A stretch of 64,000 nt of DNA, taken from contig NC_092676.1 of assembly GCF_964355755.1 (NCBI RefSeq), forward strand, positions 14,216,871-14,280,870. The letters run 5' to 3'. Positions 1 through 12,872 of the stretch are shown one piece after another. A model generated the notes under the pieces. That model was not told where the DNA came from. It ran no database searches and was given only the letters and a program-made list of their open reading frames with translations. Source of the stretch: Antedon mediterranea (taxonomy: Eukaryota; Animalia; Echinodermata). Made by a program: the position numbers and the translations under genes. How positions within the stretch are numbered: position 1 is the first letter of the stretch; the number at the start of each line of letters is the position of its first letter.

Positions 1-1230
1 CTCGTGAAACGGATTTTAATTTTTTTTCATAAAGAAATATTTTGTGTTTAATTATGTTGAATTCTATTTATTTTGAATGTTGTGTGTTATTGTCTTGTCA
101 AATTATATTTTTTGTAAGGGTCCCTAATAATCAGCTTCGGCTGGATGGACCACCCTCATAAAATATTGTTGAAATAAATTAATGAATAGACATGAAATGA
201 TGTATTCAGTGTCATCAGAAGTAAAATAAATTCTAGTAATTGATGGAAAACATTTTTATTATAATTATTATTGTATTACTGTACATTACATTTCAATAAA
301 TTATATCTTTCTGTTTTTGTTGCATTTCCTATTTCCATGTATTTGAAGAGGTCTTTCATAGGTGAATAAAAAATGTTAATTAATAATAATATACTTCTAT
401 AAAATCTTAAAACAGGGAAACCATTAGCGTTTCTAGTATAGCTAGTGATACCAAATACTAAAACAATTAATTCGTCATAGCTTGATTATTGTGTTATAAC
501 ATTAACCATGTAACTCAGGAATGAAGTACTGTAATTCTTTTTATTCATTTCATTTATTTATTTGACCTACAAACCATAATGTAAAATAAACTAAAACAGA
601 GGAAAATTGGTCAGTACTTATAACTTCAAGAGTCAGCAGTTCCATATTTATCTTCTTTTCTGTGTGAAATTCTACTAGTAAAATGAAAGAACAAATTAAA
701 AACATAACATAATTATGATGATACCCACAATGATGAATACAGCAATTGTATAGTATTTCTTTTCTTTATTAAAAATACGAAACGCATGTCGGAAATAATG
801 AAAATTATAATTATTTGGTGTGTGCTTTAAATGTTAGTAACTACGCCCTCTATAGAACGCAACTGTTTACTCTATAGAGTTGATGTCCTGTGAGGCCTCC
901 GTACTTTTATCGGCAGGCTTAGCGATGATTTTCGCGAAGCTAAGCTGGCGATGTATTTCGGAAGGGTGCTCAGTATTAATTGATTAAAAATAGTTTTAAA
1001 TAAAAAATTATCGATTTTTTACAATTTTATGATTGCAGAAGGTTGTAGACAACTCGTGAGTAGGTTGGATGAAGATTTTGAGTAATTTTAAGGGGTGGGT
1101 ACGAAACTGCATTAGCGCCCTTTTGCTTGTAATAATGCTAGAAAATATTGTTGACCCCTGAGGATGATCAAACATTGATAGAAACGTTGAACTCAACATT
1201 TCTTTTCAGAATGCTAGAAGAAGTAACTTA

Positions 1231-2363
1231 CCGTAATTATCCAAATAATAGCCCCAGGCATTTATTGTTCAGAGGGGTGTGTAGGGGGAGGGGTGTTTAT
1301 TCGGTGGAGGCGTTTATTTTTTTTGGGTGTAAATATGGTAACATGTATAATCAAATAAATACACCCTAGATATAAAAAAATACAACACAATTAATATCGT
1401 AATAAGAATAACTGGATTAAATCTCCTTCTATCCGGGTGCAAGTACAATCATGATATTGAAAAGGTATCGGAGACAACTATAATAGGCCAATTCATTGTC
1501 ATCATTCTGTATGACACTGTTGCAAAATATTTTTGAATGTTACCGACAAGTTATACATACATGTCTGTTCCCAGTGTACATAATAAAACAATATATATTT
1601 CTGGAGATTTATTATCAATACCACTAGAAACTTTAGGTTTTTTACCTTTTAAGTACTATGCATTGACAATAAAATCATAAAAGAAGTGTATATTAAAATC
1701 ATTTTATAGATCATGATAAAATCATACTACAACACACTAAAGTACCCAAGGGTGTTTTCATGAAACTATGTATTGGCATATATGCAAAAGACAGTGTTGA
1801 TTGTTAACAAATTGTTGTCACAAACAAACAGATGATAGAATGAAAATCCATATGAACAATTGTGTAATCGTGTCTCATATAGTGTCTCAGGATTAAATTG
1901 AGCATGTGACAGTGTCACTTTTATTCTAAAAGACAGAAACATTGTTACAAAAGTATAAAGAGGAAAATAAATCATGTAAATAAACATCCACTTTGAATAA
2001 AAGCCTACCTCGAATAAACGCTTCCCCTCCCTTAGATTTAAACGCCCCGCCACATGCAACAAGGCCATATATTATATGGATGCAGTCGCGTGCTCAAATT
2101 TGAGTTAGTGTTTACCACCCCAATGACCGACATAGTGAGCTGTAGAGTCGTATCACAACACATTTCAATGACTACCAACCATAATCTACAATTTAACAAC
2201 CATTTTTTTATCACTTTTTGATATTAATTGTGCTGTATTATTTCTACTGTAGGTAGTATTTATTTGATTATACCAGTTACCATATTACACCAAAAGAAAA
2301 TAAATGCTCCCTAAAAACCCTTCTGAACAATAAATGCCCGGGGCGTTTATTAGGATGAATTCG
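1231..2363. mobile_element. pogo/Tigger-like MITE inside a larger inverted-repeat (foldback) structure of about 1100-2480
   Basis: Imperfect inverted ends taCCGTAATTATCCAAATAATAGCCCC...GGGGCGTTTATTAGGATGAATTCGta; flanks 1130-1230 and 2365-2470 are also inverted copies. Confidence 0.55.
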
Positions 2364-3093
2364 TAAGTTACTTCTAGTATTCTGAAAAGAATTCTGTTAG
2401 GCTTGACGTTTTTATCAAAATGTTATGATCGTCCTCGGGGGTCAACAATAATTTCTATCATTATTATAAGCAAAAATACAATTACAAACAGAAAAGGATT
2501 TGTTTTAAATCCTATTATGAAACCATTTAAAGCATAAGTTATTGCATAACATTACTGTCCAGGGGTAAGTTGTGTAGAGATATGTTTTTGTTCGAAAAAA
2601 ATAACATTAGTAATTAATAGTATTCTGGTCATCTTTTAACCAAATTTTCTATTAGAACAGCGTTCCCCAACCTTTTTTGACCGCGACCACATGATCCTAT
2701 TTTGTGACCCAATATTGCGTATTTGATTACAGACAGGTAAGGCCTGTGGCAAAGCAAACTTTGTTAAATGATACCCCTAGATGGCTGGAAATGGTACTCT
2801 CGCACGTAAAAATCATGATAAATGGCATCTCTAGTTGGCCGGAAATGACACTCCAATAATAGCGCGCTCGCAATTGGCAAAACGATCGTAGTCTACTTTT
2901 TTAGTCGGTAAACACATTTGCGTTCAATGCTAACGTCAAGGGGTTCTCCTGTACCATAAAGATTTCCACTGGCTAGGGCCTGAACAACATTGTAATTTGG
3001 GATGGACCCGTTTATATTGTTCTTTCTATAATTATTCTTATGTTTATTGTAAAAGTTCCCACTGCCGGTACATCAAAGCAGTTTTTCAGTTAA

Positions 3094-4234
3094 GTTACAC
3101 ACTAAAATATAATAGTTAGTTTTATATCTCAACCGTAATTGTAATAGTAAACTAGAAAGCCACTCCCAGAGTGCATACCTCCGCCTACTGTAAAATTCTC
3201 CTACATAAGATTTCTCCGGTAAAAATATATATATACCGTATTTGTGTGTGTCTTAATGCTGTTTGTGATTTACGCTAATTTCACTACAAGCATGTGTATG
3301 CGAGTTTGGTGTAATGGTTATGTAACAAGCCTTTCAATTAACAATAGCTTCAGTTGACTAACAATAGAACAGCAACGCGAAAATCAAACGAGTGAATTTG
3401 AAAAGAAATAGGTTTTGTAAACTATTCGCATCAAAAAACGTGCACATTAAATCAAATTATGTTTTAAAATTACAAATCACAAATTATAACTCTTGCCTCT
3501 TGTACAAAAATGAAGTTTTTTGGACAAGTAGTTCTCGAGAAAATTCAATTTGAGTTTACTTGTTACTTTAAGACTGCTCGCCGGCTTTTGAAAAATTCTG
3601 TCCTATCTTTTTAACACTAGCAGGTCTGAAAAGTATACTAAAGAGTGGTCCAAAATTGGGGCCGTGGTCCGAAATGGTCCCAAAATTTAATGGAATGGTC
3701 CTTGACCATATATCTATCTGTACATTCATTTTGGAAAAGACCTTGTAATTACTTTTTGAGTAATCCTGCTAACAAACAAACAAACCAACAGAAAAACAAA
3801 CACACGCGATCGATTACATATACCTCCTTGGCGGAGGTAAATAACGAATTATTTATCTGACGTTTCGCCAACTATTAGTTGGCTTTCTCAAAGTGTAGTG
3901 GCGCGTATGTCACCATTGACCTCTAGATGACGGGGTCAACACATTGGTCTACACTTGACTGAGTTTGTAACCGCCCTCATCTCTATTCAAATTGGGGGTC
4001 TTCCTGATCCAGATGGATTCCTTAACCCAGCGTCTTAATCTGACCGATTCCCTGTCAACTACTTTCAAATTATCCCAATCAATAGTGTGATTTGTCTGCG
4101 CAGCATGGTCAGTAATATAATATACACTTTGAGAAAGCCAACTGATAGTTGGCGAAATGTCAGGTAAACAATTTGTTATTACTATTACAATTACGGTTGA
4201 GATATACTAACTATTATATTTTATTTGTAACACT
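3094..4234 (-). mobile_element. Penelope-like retroelement fragment (GIY-YIG endonuclease C-terminus between inverted pseudo-LTRs)
   Basis: Minus strand 3950-4116 reads ITDHAAQTNHTIDWDNLKVVDRESVRLRRWVKESIWIRKTPNLNRDEGGYKL; segments 3094-3151 plus 3840-3898 are inverted relative to 4123-4234. Confidence 0.85.
3150..3840 (-). mobile_element. Helentron-associated non-autonomous element (HINE-like) inserted in the Penelope pLTR
   Basis: Minus strand begins TTACCTCCGCCAAGGAGG and ends GGCGGAGG...CTAGTT; asymmetric subterminal inverted repeats; splits an otherwise contiguous pLTR copy. Confidence 0.65.
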
Positions 4235-5518
4235 AACCGAATTAATCTTTTTAATAAGTTACACACTCCTTTGCAAACAACAGAAAAATAGCATCGTAGA
4301 ACCAGTTGGTAGGTTATTAAATCCACATCCTAAAAGGGATTCCCCTTATTTTAACAACGAACTATTTGTCAAAAGCGTCCATTGCCCCGTCGATTCATAA
4401 TTGTGTGTATTACGGACTCGCCGCGCCTCAACATATGTAATGTAATCAGTAAGCAAAAACTGAGAACATTTCACATAGATCAGTGTATAATTGATAAAAA
4501 GTTTCAGTATCGGAAACAATCTCGCGACACATCAATTTTTGTTAGCGACCCACACATTGGGTTGCGACCCTTAGGTTGCTGAACGGCGTATTAGAATGAA
4601 TGTAAATATTTATGTTTCGAATAATTTGATACCAAATTTAAGTTTCTACGACCAGTACTTACAGAGATATGATGATGCCCTGGTATGTGGGTCAAAGGTC
4701 AGAAATGACATTTCTGATTATTTATATTTTTGACTAAAATTGCCCATTAGACTGAATATGAATGCATGCCTTCTGAACATTTTGAGAACAAGTTGTTGCC
4801 AAGATACAAGTAGCTATTTATATTTGTTCATATAACCCTTGACCCTGACTCTTTTACCTTTTGTAACATTTTTTAAAATGTGTAACAAATAACAAAATGT
4901 ATATTTTGAACAATTTTAGACCGAATTCAAATGTCTACAACCAGTAGTTACGGAGATACATACATGCCCTGGGTTGTTGGTCAAAGGTCAGAATTGGCAT
5001 TTCCAGTCATTTTTTACTAAAATGTCCCATAGACAAATATAAATGTATACCTTCTGATCAATTTGAGAACAAAATTACCTTGCTACAAGTGGTTGTCGAG
5101 ATTTAAGGACCTATTGGTGTTTGGTAAACCTTTCACCCTGACCTTTCGCCACATTTTCAAAATGTGTAACCAAGCTAAAATTGTTTGTTTGACCACCCTA
5201 AACCAATTTCTGAAGTCAAATTCTCTGGACCTCAAAGTGCATATGAAAGTTAATCTAGCTACTAGAGTACTGTAAATATTGTGTATGCATGTGGTGGGCA
5301 TTTTTTCGAGGAAATAAATAAAGGCCCCATGGCATTTATTCGAGGGAGGTGTTTATTCAAAATGATGTTCTACTCTTGCATACCAGATGTTCGCCCAAAT
5401 CGATGACACTTCAGTTTCAAACAAAAACAATCTGAACACTTTGCTGTTACGACGCAAATTATAATATGACATTATACCCATAACTCCATAGATCTGAACA
5501 TACGTATGTAATACTAAC

Positions 5519-5664
5519 CTGTGGTCTGAATCAGCATAGAGCCAATTTTGTACTCTTTTTGATCTATGTTTACGGTGCCGTCTGGGCTTCTTTTCTGCAC
5601 TTCCACTCGTACTCTTTGAAGGACTCGGCTCAACAAACAATTTCTCTGTGCTCTCTGTGTGCAG
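5519..5664 (-). CDS. ZC3H4/6-like gene coding exon 3
   Basis: ttccAG acceptor phase 0, GTTAGT donor phase 2; Ser/Lys/Arg-rich. Confidence 0.78.
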
Positions 5665-8600
5665 CTGGAATATTATGAGAAAAAAATATTTTCCTACCTG
5701 TATTGTATTCATCTATAGGTTTTGATAATATATGGAGTCTTCGCAGGAGCACATAAACATTAACTTTAACGCACAAGCTCCGCCCATTTTGTAAGCAAAT
5801 CAATATTTGAAGTTTTACGACAAAACAAAAGGTAACTTTAAAGTTATGTTTTTAATTAAAGCCAAACAATAAGAATTATTCATTGCAATATCCTATTTAT
5901 CACCCAATATGCATCATTAAACATGCCTAACTAGGCTCTAGGCCCAAGGTATTCCATGATTTGTTTTAAAACGAGCAACATATTGCATGCGCGCGACACA
6001 TGTGTTGCGTTCTACACTTCCTGTCGAAGTGTGAAATCAAAAACGAAAAAGTATGTTAATGCAACTGTTCAATGAACTACGCTAATATGCATGAGTAGAA
6101 TTGACGTCATCCGTTAAAGTTAACATTTATGTGCTCCTGCGAAAGCCCCCTAATAGCAGGTAGCAGGGAGGTAAATAAAAATGTGTGATGCTAGAAGATT
6201 TAACTACCTGTAATAAAGGATGCAATAGCACAATTAATAGTTTACACCCGACTGTCGAAAATGTATTACCAACTTAAAATATTAAAAATTCTAGTTTATA
6301 AAACGTATTGATGACCATATTACTGTAGCTGCTCCTGTATAACATCCACATTAGAACAGATAATAAAAATGCAGGAATAAAAAATACAGTACTTCACAAA
6401 TTATAAGTTATATACAGATGGTTCTTGAATACAGTAATTTAAAGCGTTAAAAAACGATTTCAAATACTTATCCCAGGATACATTTTGGTTACAGGAGCAA
6501 ATAGACACGGTGATTTACATGTACTCAACTAAATAGACACGGTGATTTACATGTACTCAACTAAATAGACACGGTGATTTACATGTACTCAACTAAAATT
6601 AGCACCCTCAGAATTACTGTACTTCTGAATTGTCACAAAATGAGACCAATTGTCTCAAATTTAAACAAACTTAATTTGTGTTTTGTATATAACATTAGGT
6701 TTGATGGATGGGGAAGAGGATGGGTGCAAAGAGGGACAATTTTTAAATATATTCCTTATTCATTCAGTAACGAAATATTAATTGTTTTCATGTTTTACAA
6801 ATAATATGCCACTAAACACAGAAACATTGCGATTTAATACTTTGTTGAAACTGTCACCATCATAGTCAATTGAAATAGTACAGCATATGTAACGATACAC
6901 CACTACAACGTTTATATATTTTTTTTTTAATACAGTATTAATTAATACAAAAGTTGAGAAGCAACTTTTAGTAATAATAGGCCTATGTGTTTATACAGTA
7001 TAATGTAAAACAGGGGAAAATCATAAATTCGCTTTAATTGTCAATAAATAAATAAATTATTAGGCCTAATGGTGTTCAATTGCTTCTTATACTTAAGTTG
7101 GTTCCTTAACCCACCAAAGTAGGCCTAAGTCTGCGTTTAGGGCATGATCCTTCATACTGTAGGCCTATCCTATACTGGCTTTACAACGCTACTCATGCCA
7201 TTAAGGGGGGGGGGGGGGGGGTGGTGGTTTAACTGCAATAATAAAGGCGACTGAAAACCCTAGCTCACCATCCGTTTTAAAAAATGGATTAAAATAATTG
7301 CCTTTTTTTTGTGAGTGTAGGAGGCCTACTGTTAAACACATAATATACAAATAAACTATATTACTGTCAGTTGCTTGTATTAATTAATAATTACAATACA
7401 AAAAATATAAACGTCGTAGTGATGTGTACGTTACTATTTCAATCGACTATGACAGTGACAGTTTAACAAGTATTAATTCGCAAATGTTTTACTGTATTTA
7501 CAGGTAGTGATATTATTTATATAGGCCTATAAAACATGAAACAAATAATTTGTTGCTAAGTGGATAAAGAATATATTTAAAAATTGTTCCTCTTTGTACC
7601 TTCCGTCAACCTTAATGTTACATAAATGAGTCAAAATCCAAAATTCGGACTCATTTTGTGACAACTTTCTCTTTCGGAACTCCCAGGGTGATAATTTTAG
7701 TTGGCTACATAAATCATCGTGTCTTATTCGTTTCTGTGAACAACAATGTATTATACTGTAGTCCTGCGGTACGTACTGTTGAAATTGAAATTTGAATTAC
7801 GCTGAAATTACTGTGTATTAGAGAACATTCCATGTGGGCATGACCTACAGTAGATACCATCTAGTTTGTATAAACATATATTAAATCTATCAACATTACA
7901 ATGCTGTACTCGAGCTGTTCAACCCATTTTCAGCTATTAAAAACACTTATCGTAGGAGGCGAAGCATGCTCGTATTATTGTGTGCGGGTATTTTTTCAAG
8001 ATGGGCATCCATTAGACAGTGTATACCACGATCGGAAAACACCCCTATTTGGGGAAATCGTTTAACCTAAATTCGTTTTAATTGGCAATAACTAATTATC
8101 TAACTCAATATAGTAAACAGTGTTACATCAGGTGGTTAAAATCAGGACCGAAAGTATGAACCAACTTTATATACTGTACCATCGAGTAAAAATTCTCGAA
8201 TTTTGCCCTTACGTAAATTTATATAGATTAGTTTTTCTATTTGTTAAATAACAATGGTACTGTTGTATTACAAAGTAAAACTTCTACTGTGAGTGTGAGT
8301 GAGTGCGGGCAAAAAATTTCTATTGATCATACAGTACATTCCAATAATTATCGATCTATAGTTTCCCCTATGTTTCATAATTTTTTTGATTTTATTTGTG
8401 TTACACAAGCTTGTTGAAAATAAGCACTTTCTTATCAGTGGGGTGATAGTTCAAAATCTTTACTCTTTTGTACACAAATTTTGTAAATAGAGAGGCATTT
8501 TAAAAAGCTATGAAAAATAAAAAATGTGGTAAAAAATGTTATCAGATGACTTAATATAGGCAATATAAATTGAATTTTACATTTCTGGTATTTTTATTCA

Positions 8601-11600
8601 ACTTCAGATTTTTTTTTTTCATGCTATAGCAAAAATTATCCACCGTATATCCACCATCTTTTTTCACCTTTTAGGGAATCACCAGACATGTTATTACATT
8701 AGATTAAACTATTCAACTACTGAAAAAAAAAGTCTTCCTGGTTTTTATGGCAGAATTTTGCCAAATTTTGTATTTGACCATATTAAGGGAAATTCATGTT
8801 TTTTCATCTTGATTTCTGTTACAAATATTTGATTTATGTACAATTAACAAGATATTATATTTAAAATTCATGCCTGTACCTGAGCTTTAAGCTTGGTTCT
8901 CACTAGAGATGCAACGCAAGGACGTAACGCAACGTAAGGAATTTGACCAATCACAAGCGATTGATTTATTTAACTGTCGCTTGTCATTGGTCAACACGCT
9001 TGTGTTGCGCTTACGTCCTTGCATTACGTCCCAGTGGGGACCAAGCTTTATCTTGGTTGTCAATACTCACATTCATTTCACCCTTTTCATCTTCACTATC
9101 AGATTTCTTGTCCTTTTTTCTTTTTCGTTTCTTTTTCTTCTTCTTTTTTTTAGACACATCTTCTACTGGATCATTATTCATCTGTTCTATCATACCAGCC
9201 CATGGATTTTGGCTTCCACGAAACATGTGGTGGGCATCAGATGGCATTTCGTCATCTCCAGAATCAACAATCTCACCGTCCTCCAGGATCTCACCATCTT
9301 CCATGGCGTCAACTCTGTTTATACCAAAATGAGAATTACAATTATTTTTAATGTGATTTATGCGATTTTCTGCAAGCATATCAATTATATAGACCAAAAT
9401 AGACTGGAGGAGTGTATTTGGATAGCTGCCTGATCTACTGTAGCATACAAAAAAATGTTCTGAACTCAATCTATTAATGTATAGTTTTTTTTATTTAAAG
9501 ATATATTGTCCCCCTAAAAAAATATTGTTTCAAATATTTTTTTGTGGAATATACCATTTTAATGTCACAAATAGTTATTTACTTTGACCAAACATTGGAT
9601 TGGTAAAAAAATATTTACCCAAAAAAACTGTAATTTAGTTGGTTGATTTTACTGTTTTTTCACAAAAATTGCACAATGGTCTATTCAAAGTCAGATTTTA
9701 TAAATCTTTATTTTTTCATGATTTTGTGGACAATGGATCTTTAAGCTCAGGATGGACCAGGTCAAGCAACTTTCTTTCTATCCACATTTTCTTTAATTTC
9801 AACAAAATACTGTAATACGTTGCTGTAAGTTTATAGTATACAAATAATGAATGTTTATGAGTGTGATGGTATAAATAATTTCAAGAGGTAAAATACAACA
9901 TTTCATCTTTCTGATCTACTGACCGCATATTTGGTATATTCATCGTCTCTTGCGACAGAGCAAAATTTCAATCAGAGATTGATCGCCTTTTCTTGTTGTT
10001 ATGGGGTCTTCAAATGGTTGATAGAAATCCACCGTGCTGTCGCTGGATCATGTACAAAGCCGCTGGAGCATGTGCAAAGCATTGTTGTTATGCAGTCATT
10101 GAGGGAATGCGCTTTCTGTGCTTCATCCGGTAAAAATCGGAGTGTTGTATGTGGAGCGATTGATAGGGCACTTACTAGACGGTGCGCACAATAAGTGTAT
10201 TTCTGAATGCGATTAGTCAACGTCGCATAGCAAAATTTCTCACAATAGAAAGCATCACCATTAGATATCACTTTTCCGTAATTTATCAGTTTTTATAATA
10301 CGGTGCATTATTTGCACATTACACACAATTATCTAGCAATGTACAAGATTTCAAAATCAAAATCCAGCTTTAATACAATATGAATTATATTCTAAATTTA
10401 AACCTATGAAGTGTTGATAGATGACCGAGCATATTATTCATCATACCACTTTTACACTCCCTGCAAAAGTCTGTAGTTGACCTGGAATTATGTAACTCGG
10501 GTCATACCCGGGACATGGATATAATTCAGTGTCAAGTCAACCCGTATCATGTACTTCATGTTCGTAATGTAAACAGTCCCATCTATGTTTCCCAGTTGGT
10601 TGCTATCCTCGCTCACTTAGAGTATTTAAATTTTATTTCAATAAACATTACTCTTCATAAGTTTTTCTTATAGGCATTAAACAAATTGTAGGAGGTATAT
10701 TGAGTTACTAGTCTCTTGATTTTGAACAATCGAGAACATCATGTAACACAGGTTGGCATTTGCCACTGTAAACACAAGCAACCCGTGTCATTCCCGGATT
10801 GTGGATTCCCGGATTGTGGATATAAAAAGATTGACTGCTCTATAGTATATAATTAGATGGAGGTAAATGCAAGTCCTATTTTTATTCTGAACGTAGTATT
10901 ATGAGCTCCAGTTTCTTTCCACTCCGCCTTATCCTCTGTAGGACAATACTCCTACCCCAATCTATAAAAATCCTTGCTACAGGTTTGGTATCCTCTAAAT
11001 AGGGGTTGGCCAGTGTAAAAAAATATTTCTGGTTCATTTAAGCGAAAGTTTCCCAAAGGAGGTGTTCTACTTGTAATCTTTTAGTGAGATCCCTTATGAA
11101 TTATTCATTCAAGCTGTCTTAATTTAACAACAAGAGGGCGAGGCAGATCAAGGCCTGAAAAAAGTTGGGAAGTGGCATCCAACAGGCTGGGGCTTCTGGA
11201 AAAAATGTACTTTTTCCTGAGCTACAGCATTGCATTCTGAGCTACTGCACATCGTCTTCCAGGGTTAATGATTGATATTATCTTTAATAATAATGTTACA
11301 ATATTGGTGTAATCAATTTGCAATTATATTTAGGAAATATATTATAACTGTAGATAATAATTGAACTGGGTCACATGAGTTAGGGGTCAACTTGTCAGAA
11401 TAATTAAATGTACTCCATTTATTTATTTTTTTTTATAAATAAGCGAAATCAATAATTTTAGTATTTGAAAAAAAAATCAATTTAGATTTAATTGTTGAAA
11501 CAGGGTAGATTTCAGTTTACATTTAATACAATATTTATAATTACTCAATATCTATAATAGTGGTTATTGAGGGTAAGGGGAGAAAGCAGTATTTCCCAAC

Positions 11601-12872
11601 CAGAAGGGGGATGGAACTGTGTCTTGGAAATCTCTCCTCACATCTGTATATGAATTAACATCCCCCATCCCCCAAATATTAGACATTTAGCACTTCATAT
11701 TACAATATTGTAATTAGGCCTGGCTTTGCATTCACTACTGATGTGAAAAAACTTCAGAAATTGTGATTATAAATAATAATGTATAATTTTCCTTATTTTG
11801 TTAAATGGTAAATGTCACAATTCTTATTGGCTGTGTTAAAATAATATTGCTTTTGTTTTAGGATCTTGTAGGGAAAGGGGTACACATTCTGAAATATAAA
11901 GGGACTTAATAAAGATGTATCAAGGTTTTGATGGGAAAAAAAATTGTATATAAAAATGAAATATAGTAAATTGGGTAACAAAGAATGTTGTTATACAGTA
12001 TATCACTAAACTTAATGCTTCAATTTAAATGGTTGAAAGTGTATGTTGTTATTTTTATTCATTTCATTCATGGTTTGGTTTTTGTTGGATGGCATAACTC
12101 AATGAAGATGTTTTTCCATACTGTACTAATATTTTTCCATCACACAATTATTGTATTTAAACAAAGACATTACACTATTTAAAACACATTATTAAATAGG
12201 TAGGTGTCCTTATTGTTTTCATCTTTTTCGAATTTGATTTTATCCATCAAAAAATGAAATGTATAAAAGAGAAATAAAATAGGCCTAGTATAGTACTTAA
12301 TTTGTATAATAGTACTAATAATACAGTACTACTACTAAGCTACTAAGTAGTAGTTTCTAAGTACCGTAGGTGCAAACTCTGGCTAGGGGGGTTCAAAATA
12401 GAAAAAAAAATTGGTGGTGAAATTGGGCAATTTGATAAAATAGAATATACCAGTTTCACTAGCTATTGTGTTTCCACCCATGCATTAAGATTCCCATTTA
12501 ACCTTACCTCTGCCTATAATGGTATAAACTACTTTGATCAATCTGAAGGTAAATTACGTCATTTCACATGACGTCACCCATATTATTTCCCTCATCCCCT
12601 TAAAATTTGCATAACATAACGCCACACACACAGCTCCAAGAATATATGCTGGAATTTAAGTGTAAAAAGTGCGACAATTAAAGAATTTCTCACGTACAGG
12701 ACAAACACCATCATTCTTACAACATACATAACAATCAATATTGAATTATATACAGCATTATGATAGAATTACTTGACCTTTCTTTTTCTTCCTTTCCCGA
12801 ACCACAAGAAGGATCATCATTTTGATGACTGTTCATTGGGGGAATATCATCAGACGGGGTTTCTAACGCCAT
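5519..12872 (-). CDS. 5' part of a ZC3H4/ZC3H6-like (Su(s)/Restrictor-type) nuclear protein; join complement(12778-12872, 9071-9314, 5519-5664); probably continues left of the window
   Basis: Exons splice in frame: MALETPSDD...KEEKER/VDAMEDGEILEDGEIVDSGDDE...KKKKKKKKRKRKKDKKSDSEDEKGEMN/LHTESTEK...KPRRHRKHRSKRVQNWLYADSDH. A tandem EDGE(I/L) motif followed by a Lys/Arg tract matches the ZC3H4/ZC3H6 N-terminal layout. The CCCH fingers are not in the window, so the identity is inferred. Confidence 0.7.
5734..6150. mobile_element. Harbinger-like MITE
   Basis: About 35-bp TIRs (TTCGCAGGAGCACATAAA..TTAACTTTAACG) at both ends. Confidence 0.7.
6420..7815. mobile_element. Foldback-type element with about 500-bp diverged inverted arms
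   Basis: 6420-6940 aligns by eye to the reverse complement of 7375-7815 (e.g. TGTCACAAAATGAG, ACAATTTTTAAATATATTC, AAACTGTCAC...ATAGTC.ATTGAAATAGTA). Confidence 0.65.
6499..6596. repeat. Perfect 32-bp tandem repeat x3
   Basis: AAATAGACACGGTGATTTACATGTACTCAACT repeated at period 32 (6499, 6531, 6563). Confidence 0.95.
8890..9047. mobile_element. 158-bp Harbinger-like MITE next to the exon 2 donor of the minus-strand gene
   Basis: TIR AGCTTGGTTCTCACT / AGTGGGGACCAAGCT, TSD TTA. Confidence 0.8.
9071..9314 (-). CDS. ZC3H4/6-like gene coding exon 2 (EDGEI motifs, Lys-rich NLS)
   Basis: aaacAG acceptor, GTGAGT donor; strongly coding acidic/basic composition. Confidence 0.85.
9498..9740. mobile_element. 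Kolobok-like MITE
   Basis: ttaaAGATATATTGTCC ... GGACAATGGATCTttaa; same family as 42688-43195. Confidence 0.65.
12778..12872 (-). CDS. ZC3H4/6-like gene coding exon 1
   Basis: ATG GCG at 12872, 31 codons + AG, donor GTCAAG; phase 2 matches the next exon. Confidence 0.7.

Larger units (their letters stand above)
2658..4588. mobile_element. Non-autonomous hAT (Charlie-like) element hosting nested insertions
   Basis: Imperfect TIR CAGCGTTCCCCAACC / GGTTGCTGAACGGCG with a perfect 8-bp TSD TATTAGAA. Confidence 0.8.

Noticed and set aside
100-200. Possible LINE 3' tail (stem-loop plus AATAAA/ATGA repeats)
   Set aside because: Too short and cut by the window edge; no coding evidence.
6499-6596. 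32-bp direct repeats resembling a CRISPR array
   Set aside because: Repeats are head-to-tail with no spacers, there are no cas genes and the context is eukaryotic; this is a simple tandem duplication.
8909-9433. Plus-strand ORFs 8909-9433 and 8943-9332 (hydrophobic, Phe-rich)
   Set aside because: Antisense shadows of the Lys/Glu-rich exon plus a MITE.
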